The translations under genes were made by a program, and so were the position numbers. The notes beneath the pieces were generated by a model. It was given only the letters and a program-made list of their open reading frames with translations, had not been told where the DNA came from and did not search any database. Shown here piece by piece: positions 54,877 to 64,000 of a stretch of DNA of 64,000 nucleotides. This DNA comes from Trichoplax adhaerens (Eukaryota > Animalia > Placozoa). Location of the stretch: NCBI RefSeq assembly GCF_000150275.1, contig NW_002060953.1:56291-120290 (forward strand), read 5' to 3'. Every line of letters starts with the position of its first letter. The first letter of the stretch is position 1.

Positions 54877-55863
54877 ATGGCTACTATAACAACACAAAAT
54901 TCAACATGGACAAGCAACGCTAGCAAAGAACCCGGCTTCATAACTTGGGAAAGGCTAAGTCCAAACGATCCGAGATTTATTTTGGCTGTAACTTCTTGTT
55001 CATTTATCTGCTTTATAGCAATATTTGGCAACTTGCGTAACTTAATAATGATATATAACTGCCGAAGATTACACGATATGAACAATTTATGTATCTGTAA
55101 TTTAGCCGTAGTTGATTTTCTAACTGGCCTTATTGTTTTACCTTTGGGAATATCTACGTTAGCTGCAAAGACATTAGGATACCTACTTTGCCAAATTCAA
55201 GGATTTTTTACGTTACTCTTGTACTTATCTTCGTTAGCAGCAACATCAATAATAAGTGTAGATCGATGTAGTGCAGTTGTTAATCCTTTTGGCTACAAAA
55301 GTCATATAACTGTATCTAAATGTGCCTTTATCGCTACTTTTACTTGGTTCATACCGAGTATTATTTCTATATTACCGCTACTTGGCCTTGAGAGAATTGG
55401 CCTTGGTAAATTCTATGTCTTACTTCTTTGTGGTATCTCATTTGATCACCCAATAGAAAATTTTATAGTTTCATGGATACTGACGATATTTTTGGTAGTC
55501 AACATAGTAACAATCTGTATGAGCTACTTAGTTATTTTTACTGTAGCATATCGGAAAACTGTGCAAGATTTAACTCGAAACAGCAAATTATCTCGATCGA
55601 TTCGAACCACTGGTTTAATTGTTGGAACTAACTTCCTTTTTTGGCTGCCATACATTGTTCTTAATGTACAGGATTTCGTCTATAATACCTCGGTCCCTCT
55701 AATACCAACGACATTGAACTATTTTACGGTCATTGCATGTCTTATGTCACTAAGTAGTCCTGCTATTAATCCAATAATTTATGCAGCAACGAGTAAACAC
55801 TTGCGAAAGCGATTTACTAGAGTCGGAATACCCTCTCAATCTACGTATGTAGGTAGAAAATAA
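54877..55863 (+). CDS. Class A 7TM GPCR, intact ORF, 328 aa
   Basis: LHDMNN, NLAVVD, CQIQGF, DRC, GLGKF, SIRTTGLIVGTNFLFWLP, NPIIY; sequons NST, NAS. Confidence 0.93.
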   Translation: MATITTQNSTWTSNASKEPGFITWERLSPNDPRFILAVTSCSFICFIAIFGNLRNLIMIYNCRRLHDMNNLCICNLAVVDFLTGLIVLPLGISTLAAKTLGYLLCQIQGFFTLLLYLSSLAATSIISVDRCSAVVNPFGYKSHITVSKCAFIATFTWFIPSIISILPLLGLERIGLGKFYVLLLCGISFDHPIENFIVSWILTIFLVVNIVTICMSYLVIFTVAYRKTVQDLTRNSKLSRSIRTTGLIVGTNFLFWLPYIVLNVQDFVYNTSVPLIPTTLNYFTVIACLMSLSSPAINPIIYAATSKHLRKRFTRVGIPSQSTYVGRK

Positions 55864-58800
55864 AGTAATATGCTTTTTATTTTTAAGTTATTATTAGTAA
55901 ACCACACATGTAGTTGCATTCTAGAACTACACTTTTAGTCTACCTTCACACAGTTGACCTTCACAGTTTAAGCTGCTTTTGCCTTTCGAGTAATTTATAT
56001 ACTGGTAATTATTTCTCTATTCGTCTACATTCAAATTAACAATCGACTCTAGCTAATAATTTATTACAATAGTATGAAAAGTGGTTAATAACAAGCTTCA
56101 AATAAAACACCAGTCACTACAATTTACGTAAGCGAAAATTAATCCATACGCTAGTACTTAGTCTACGTTCTTTTATTCGTGTTAGATTTGTGCCTTGACA
56201 ATTACCTTAAACAGAACTAGTGTGCAGGATGAAAATTGTAAAGCATTTATTGCGGTGTAAATGCGTACATTTTCATTTCGATAAAATCATTGCCTTATTA
56301 TCATATAAAATATAATTATGATAAAATAGAACTAGGTAAACACAAAACATCGAACACAGATGTTGCAATTCAGGAATTATATTTTAAATTATTGAATCGA
56401 TAGGATGTACAAATATTGATTAATTGTGTTAGGTAGCCAATATCTTATGACACTTCTCAACTTTCTGTTATCAACGGATATATATAATGAAAATAAATTA
56501 GAATGAAACCGTAAGGGTTTAGTTCATCTTTATTTATTAAGAGATTCTCTAAAAATTATCTAAAAACCAAGCTTTATTACTTTCAAAATCAGCTAAGTAA
56601 CATGATTACTAAGCGTAAATGTTTAGTACAATCAGTCTACTTTACGGTAGTTACTAGGTAGTCGCTAGTAGACTGGGGTAGTTTCAAATTACTTTTTTAC
56701 AAAGTTTCGTCTTGTCATCCACGACCGGTCTCCATATAAAAGCAGAAATATATGTGTGAACTACAACTCTATACTATCGTAATTCATAGAAATCCCTAGA
56801 AATATATCATAGATAGCATGGATAAACATGCAAGCTATTAACTGCTACATGTTGTTTGCCCAAATACAAAACGAGCAAACTTGTAATTAAAACAGCCAAA
56901 TTAAAGTAAAGAAACTGTTACATGCATGATTGGAGCCTTAAGCTACGTAACAACCATATTAATGGATGAACGAGACGACACAACGAATAAAAGATGACTA
57001 TAAAACTAAAATTTATCGTCAATTGTTTATTTCAAGATAAAGTCACCTCAATGAGATAAAAATGCTAAAATATGCAATATTTCAGTACGAATAAGAATCA
57101 ATAACAAAACGATTCAATTTCAGAACATCATCTGATATTCTTTCGTGAAATGAGTAAATAAAATTTTGGAAGAAAGAACTCATATCAGCTTGATTAATGG
57201 ACGAGAATAAAAATGTCATGGACTGATGCATTCGAGAGAAAAATCTTCTCATAAAATATCGACGTGCGTATATTTGTATTAATATAAACCATCATACATT
57301 TTGGTCAAGGTCTCATCGAACAATTATTACAGTGTTGCAGTATTTTAAAAATATGGGTATATGTTGTATGTTGACCTTGCAGTAATTATAGGTTGAAGAT
57401 AACTGGACAAAAGCGAATAGTGCATACTGTATATTGTTTTGAAAGACGAGTAAAATATCTCACTCGCGAGTTTGCACATATGTACTTTTTGGACTGCTAT
57501 TAAATATATCACTACTTTATAACTATTTTACTATTGCGGCCATTGTTAAGATCATTTTCTATATCGGAACGATTTTTATTTTTTCTTATACATTTTCCAC
57601 TATGAAATTATTGGAGTAAATCAAGATCTCCTCTGCCTGACATTACTATATCGTAATCTCGAAAGTTTTTATTAATAAAATTTTGAATCGCCATTTTATC
57701 AACGTAGCTGATGGGATAAGTGATCACACACAGCATTATCTACGTGCAACTGAAAGATTAGCTTGATTCCTGACATATTAACCGAATTGGTAAAATATAA
57801 ATATCGGACGTTAATGAGCAATTTTATCGCGGTCATATTTTTTGAATTAATTAAACCAGGTTCTTTTACACTCGTATCCTAAACCAATACAACAAAAACG
57901 GATAAAAATCGAGTGCTCTGCTTGTAATAGCCTCACTACTACTATGTTAGGTTCGTAAATTATTGATCTTAGACCGACTTACACATTTGGGTGCAGTCTA
58001 TAAGCTGTCAGTCCCGGTTCTAGTACTTGGCATAAGAGCGAATACCGTACTTCACCGTTTTATCATCAGCCACGGCCCACTAACATACTTTATTCTATCC
58101 AAACCGTTACACTACCATGCTCACAAAGCTGTCTTTCTATTGATTTCAATCTAGGTTACATAATCACATGGTAATAAACACTTTAAGAGATAATTTGAAA
58201 TAGTCTGTAGAAATAATTTACTTTTTATCCTAGCCCAATTCAGGCAAACATTGAAAACAATTGTAGTGATTACTGTATTTGCTCTTCAATATCGAGCCCT
58301 CATACAATAGTATAACAAGTGAATATTATTATGAAACTACGCCATCACTTCCTTTCTTTTGCACTATAATCTTTATTCATACAATCCTTATTTCCGCTTT
58401 AAAATCAATTAAGAAAGTCAATTAACATCTTTTCATTCTTCATTCCTCTATGCCGTATCTAATTAAACAAACGAATACCAGTTGGCACCACACCGAATAG
58501 AATTGTTTGTTAGTTGAAAATGTCACTACGCACGATAAAGTGGCAGCGCATCTACTGTACGTATAATAATAATTTAAATCAAGGAAAACACAGGAAAAGC
58601 CCACGTTGCAATTTCATAAATAGAAATGGCGAAATCTAACAAGGTAGTGAAATTTCGTCATCGTTTCTTAATGGATGAGTGTGTGAAATCATCGGCGAAT
58701 TGGCCGTTTTAAATACGGCACTTTTATAATTTAAATCTACTGATTGACACATTGAAATAAAAATAGAAGCTGATTCAACGTTGCCCAAACGATATGTACA

Positions 58801-59488
58801 ATCTTTATTATCGCATCCTCTTGCGCAAATGATCGAATTTCATAGCATATTTTATTGCGTCCGTGATCATAAATTACAACGAATAGTAGTAAGTTCTTGC
58901 CAATACTAGTCAAGTATCAACCACTGTTAATTGTATCTGTCAATAATGTACAGATATGGGTAGATTAATGTTATGAAAAACGATCGTAGGCATACGACAA
59001 GGAATAGATTTGACCTTCTCTGGGGTCAACTAATTGTATCGCATCATTATTTTAGTGCCTTATTATTGACACTGTAGTCGTGGCTACGAATGGACGAGTA
59101 TTTAATGAACGCATGCAGCTTTTACAACAAACGGAAATAGGCAGTGGAAAGAACTTGGAGTATTTAAGGTTAATTTTGATGTCATCCTATGCATTGCCAG
59201 ATTTGGATTCGATTAATACGACTTTCGCCTCAAAATATCGACGATCACCAATAAAATTGACATTTTGAAGTTGAAAGAAAACTATGAAAACAGATGGCCG
59301 TGGTATCTGTAGTCAATGTAATGGTCCTATTCAAATAATCATTTTATTTTATTATTTTTATATGATTGCAATCAGCCAGCATTCGATACTTTGCATAATC
59401 TGTTACGATGCGTCAGCTCGTCCTAATTATTAAGTAATATTAAATATTGTTTGTGTAGATTGACGTTTTATTAATTATCATTTCTTCA

Positions 59489-59649
59489 TAATTGTCGGCT
59501 TGCGTACGCGACTGGATGTTCTATGCCATGATGTAGTTGAGATAAAACAACTTCAAGTCCTTCGTTTGAAGCGTCAGTTTGGAGACTTACGAGGCAATTC
59601 TTCGTCAATCACACATAGGACGGGAGTTTTAACCAATCATTGCTTTAAT
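59489..59649 (-). pseudogene. Ty3/Gypsy RT-connection / RNase H N-terminal fragment (not in the ORF track)
   Basis: Manual translation: LKQ*LVKTPVLCVIDEELP, then a 1-nt frameshift, then LQTDASNEGLEVVLSQLHHGIEHPVAYASRQL, matching the TDAS..G.G.VLSQ...E.PVAYASR.L signature. Confidence 0.88.
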
Positions 59650-59900
59650 TGGGCTTGAATTATTTCTTGCAGGTCACGAAAATATCGTAACGGAATTTTT
59701 TGATCTTCTGATTTTTCAACCCATTGTTCTTTAACTAGATCCAATAAGCCTCTAACTTTTCTTCCATAAACCAATTTGAAGGGCGAGAATCCAGTAGATT
59801 CTTGCGGAACTTCGCGATAAGCAAACAACAGATATGGGAGATAAGTATCCCAAGTTTTTGGTTTATCTTGAGTAAAGCGCTTTAACATTTTCTTTAACAG
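59650..59900 (-). pseudogene. Ty3/Gypsy integrase fragment (region just after the catalytic Glu)
   Basis: LKKMLKRF...WDTYLPYLLFAYREVPQESTGFSPFKLVYGR.VRG.LDL matches the well-known Gypsy integrase post-catalytic motif. Confidence 0.9.
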
Positions 59901-61858
59901 ATTATATGAAGAAATGATAATTAATAAAACGTCAATCCTCACAAACAATAATTAATATTACTTAATAATTAGGACGAGCTTTCGCATCGTAACAAAGCAT
60001 ATAAATAAAAATTAATACTAAGGGTAAATTAATATTATTCTGCTAACTGCCAGTAACAGTAGTAGACGATAGCTGGTATGATGATGAGACGCAGGCAGTT
60101 TGTCGTATAATCCACCAATTTGCTGAATTTTATGATGGAAGAAAGTGAACAAATTTTCTATTTACAGTATTATGTTCTAAATCGTAATACGTCATGTTAA
60201 CTGCAACCATGTTACTTCTACGGTACTTATAATTAAATCGAACTTATTTCGTTGTCCATGAATAGGATATTTTTCGTCACAAGGCTTTGTATGACAAGTT
60301 TATTGAGAACCATTGAATGTTTCATTTGTAGTAAATAGATTTTGCTACTCAAATAACATTCAATGTCATTCTATTTCATGGACCATCAGAAAAATGCGTC
60401 TTTGACGAGTGATCCATATCTAGTCATACTGTATTGCTATTCCGACAAAACTGCACGACGCTGATGCTGAATATTCAACACTTTACTGTTCCTCTTTTCT
60501 TGGCTCACTGCAAGAAAACGATTCAATTGACATTATTGCAATCATCTTTGAACGTTGCATATAGTTAGAAGCTGAGTTCAGAGTAAAACATGCAAAAGAA
60601 CATTCTACGCGTGTTTTAGAGAATAAGAGTTGAGACTTGATCGAGTGAGATTTCCTACACCATAGTCTGCTAAACTACATCTGGTCCATCGTGTACCGAC
60701 ATGACAGTGCATCGTCTACTAAATTAGTGTACTGTACTGAGTGATCACTACACATTGCATATTCCACATTAGTCATTGCCTTCTTGGATAAGGTTGCTGA
60801 CATTAAGACAATGAAGATAAGGTCTCTGTACTAATATCAATCCTTCTGTACTGACGTTAATCACTATTCTTATCAATTCATGTTACAGCCAAAGACTTGG
60901 TTATGACAGTACTTTAGTATACAGACAGTCGATTTTGAATTGAATCCTTTTATGGAAAGTTAGTCATGGACTACTGGATACTATCGACCGGTATGATTAC
61001 GTGACTTTGTAAAATAGTTGGAGCGACTGAGCCACAACGCAGTTTAGTCTTAATCAATTATTATGCTATTTTTCTTACATTTGACAATAACTTAATAAAT
61101 ATCTTATTTATACCTATTTCTGATAGGTAAATGTATTCGTCAATACATAAGATAAAGTTTTAACTGTAATTATAACATGACGAATAAAATAAAACATAGA
61201 ATTATCAGTGTGCCAGAATACAATCTAAGATTAAAGGTTATTATAAATAATAATAATCAATATCGGTAAATAAAATCTTGAAAGACACATATTACAAAAT
61301 TACTCTGAGAGCTAATATCACGTTGACGCCATTTAAATTATCGTAATAAATGATCATCCAAATGATGGCCGTTCAGCTTTTCTTTATTATCTCCTTTCAT
61401 CTTATCTTATACAGTCGAAATAAATTTCTTGTAAACCAAATTCCTCTTCAAGTTCGCCAAATGATATCATTTTCATATCACCCTCGTCATCATGCTGAAC
61501 ATGACGTTAAGAGATGAAGCCTAATATATAATATACGAACTAGTTTCTATATACTTTGTAAGATTCTATTTATTGAAGGTTATCAAGCAGACCTTAGCAT
61601 CTTAAAAATCAATAAAGTCTGTAATAAAGTTGTGATAATGACGCATATATGCCAAAGATCGAGAAAAGTCCATTAAGAGAACAAGCCCTTTGTTAAGACT
61701 GCGGATATTATAATTCTTAACAATACCTATATAAAATATGCAGCAATTATAAGAATAGATTCGAAACACGGACCTATATTATATAGAATGCTTGAGTAAT
61801 AAACGATTTCACTACGATAAATTAATTGGTATAAGATACTACGTGATCGTGTAGCTGA

Positions 61859-62668
61859 TGTCATTACCCGTCGTGAGGTTGATCAAGAATCTTCAAAACT
61901 TTAGAAAATTAAGATTTATTGAACAAAACCTCCTTTACGAAGATACAACGTAATCGATTAGCTGAGGACCTCTAACGAGAAAGAACTATCTTACTATACT
62001 AAACTACTCGCTTATATACCTTTCCGCGTTTACAGTCTTAGCACATTACTTACTACACACTTCAGTATTAGCATCTCAATGTCCCAACCCTCACTTGTGG
62101 CAAAGGAAAGTAAAGAACTCTAGTGTAGTTACTTAAAACTTGGGCTATTTCTCCCAGTACTTTCAGTTTCTATGAGATAAGTATTTGAGAACTCGATTTC
62201 TCGGCTGATCTCCACAGACAACTGACTAATTATTACACTATTCTTCACGATATGAGTCTAGCCGTTTCTTGAGCAATTTACTTACTTTATTCTACAAACA
62301 CACGCGCTTAAATAGGTTTCTACAGTGAATTCCAATATTAACGAGTGAGAATTCATGCTTTACAAGTTACATTAATTAGTATAATACCATTACTAAATAT
62401 ACATGTCGATATTCTCAGACTTAGATAGCTACAAGTTATCAGGTGTTAAGACGCTTGACCTTCGTCCATATACAGCTCAATTTTTAGAGATTAACACACC
62501 TTATAAACCTACAGTAAATTAACTGCTAACAACTTCTATTTTTATCTCATTTCTACCATCCTATTATCAGCTACAAGCGCATTAAAACATAGCACATAAC
62601 CTTATCTTATCTATTCATAAGCATTCATTAATTTACAGTTACTTAATTAGTAACGGCGTACCGTGACA
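61859..62668 (-). mobile_element. Possible solo LTR (810 bp), single copy
   Basis: Minus-strand termini TGTCACGG...AATGACA; flanks CTGA/CTCA (3 of 4); minus-strand TATATAA (~62012-62018) followed by AATAAA (61915-61920) near the 3' end. Confidence 0.4.
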
Positions 62669-62866
62669 CTCAAATACAGGATAGTTTAACCTTTCATGTG
62701 AAGCTCTAGCGTGAGCACTGTAGCGCTCCTCTTCAAAAGGATTACAGTTACTAAGCTAGCTATATTTAATACTTAAGCTTCTAACGAGAATATCTATCAC
62801 ATGTTGAATACAACACCTACGGTAGACATTACTAAATATATCATCAACTTAGAATACAGTTAGGTA

Positions 62867-62948
62867 ACAGTATACAGTTAGGCAATTAAAATGGGTGTAA
62901 GACATTACACTGTCTTACACCCATTTTAATTGCCTAACTGTATACTGT
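62867..62948. repeat. Perfect 38-bp inverted repeat with a 6-nt loop
   Basis: ACAGTATACAGTTAGGCAATTAAAATGGGTGTAAGACA - TTACAC - TGTCTTACACCCATTTTAATTGCCTAACTGTATACTGT. Confidence 0.95.
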
Positions 62949-63020
62949 AGCTAGATGGCTCGCTTTATTTGATCATAATTGACTCTACTATAGAATTTCA
63001 CAGAATTGATACTACAGTAT

Positions 63021-63070
63021 NNNNNNNNNNNNNNNNNNNNNNNNNNNNNNNNNNNNNNNNNNNNNNNNNN
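63021..63070. other. Assembly gap (50 N)
   Basis: Run of N. Confidence 0.99.
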
Positions 63071-64000
63071 AAACATACTTTAAGAGATCACGACTTTACT
63101 ATACATTGCTATAATTTATTAAAGAAGGCCGGAACCAAAGGGTAAATTTGGAGTTTTGTATCCAGGATGTCAAACTAAATAGACGCTGGTAAAGGTACCG
63201 TAGTCTTTTTCATATTTTCTAAATCGAGAGGCCTAAAAGTACACTTACCGTGCTATTACAATAAAAAAAATTATTGCAATATATTATTTATGGATTTAAC
63301 TTACTTTTGTTAATATTTCCTGGGAAGAAAAAGATAAAGCTAAGTCCAAAACAGTGCTCTATTCCAAGTAAAGGAAGGATTTGCATTGCAAATTTGTGTT
63401 GCATTTCCGAATAAAAAGTTTCAGTACGTTAAGTTAATCTGACCTCGTTAGAAATTTTTTAATCAATGTAGAAAGTAAAGCTGTATATGATTTAGTATCA
63501 TATCTTAAATAATTGGTGATGTTCTAAAACCTCAAATCTGGCCATGCAGCCAACCCATAAATTAAAAAATTTTGAAACCGTAAGAAAAAAACAAGTACTC
63601 TTCGCAAATGATAGAATAGTTGGCCCCAGTACTTTATAAAATTGGTACTGTATTAAAATATATAAACTCAAATGATGGTCTTATTAGGCTTTATAATTTC
63701 AATTATAACAATTTTAAATCTGTGGCTCACTAAACATTATATCGAGATACAGATATACATTTCAGATCCATTCGCTAGTAAATCTCTTCTCTACTCATAT
63801 TACTATTTGATCGTACTGGATATTTATCACTGAAAGTTAACAAAGATAATGTTAAGTGATAAACTTAATTTTAGGTACTGTACGTAGTTAGAACTTTAGT
63901 CGAAGTATCTTATACTATCAGCAAACACTGCAACCAGATCAGCCTATGCATATATTCTGACCCATAATATGCGTGCAAAAGACAAATTTCTGCAGCTAGT
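63071..64000 (+). repeat. Second copy of the 34843-35772 block
   Basis: Colinear direct repeat; runs off the window end. Confidence 0.95.

Larger units (their letters stand above)
59401..59994 (-). mobile_element. 594-bp element with 90-bp terminal inverted repeats enclosing Gypsy integrase and RNase H fragments
   Basis: Inverted repeats 59401-59490 and 59905-59994 (TGTTACGATGCG...; 5 mismatches by manual alignment); flanks AATC/AAGC; interior translates to retrotransposon pol fragments. Confidence 0.8.

Noticed and set aside
56800-61000. Slightly less AT-rich patches that might be exons or decayed coding sequence (also ~39100-40500)
   Set aside because: Apart from the pol fragments at 59489-59900, manual translation of the parts I tried gave frequent stops and no recognisable domain; BLASTX would be needed.

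Overview
AT-rich eukaryotic (animal) genomic scaffold with three N gaps; the composition and receptor type suggest a placozoan, but that is inference only. The window is a tandem cluster of eight paralogous class A (rhodopsin-like) GPCR loci, all on the + strand and with no introns in the coding sequence. Five have intact ORFs (2601, 15111, 22665, 31283, 54877) and three are pseudogenes at different stages of decay (~6300, 8845, 43309). The receptors lack the aminergic Asp3.32 and the opsin Lys7.43, and show LGR/glycoprotein-hormone-receptor-like TM2/TM5/TM6 signatures, yet have no LRR ectodomain. The spacers hold at least nine TG...CA elements with 4-5 bp target-site duplications (probable solo LTRs of four families), one of which interrupts a GPCR exon. 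A 594-bp element bounded by 90-bp terminal inverted repeats carries Gypsy integrase followed by RNase H fragments (Gmr1-type order). There is also a 930-bp near-identical duplication, a perfect 38-bp hairpin, and an 11-bp motif shared upstream of three receptor loci.
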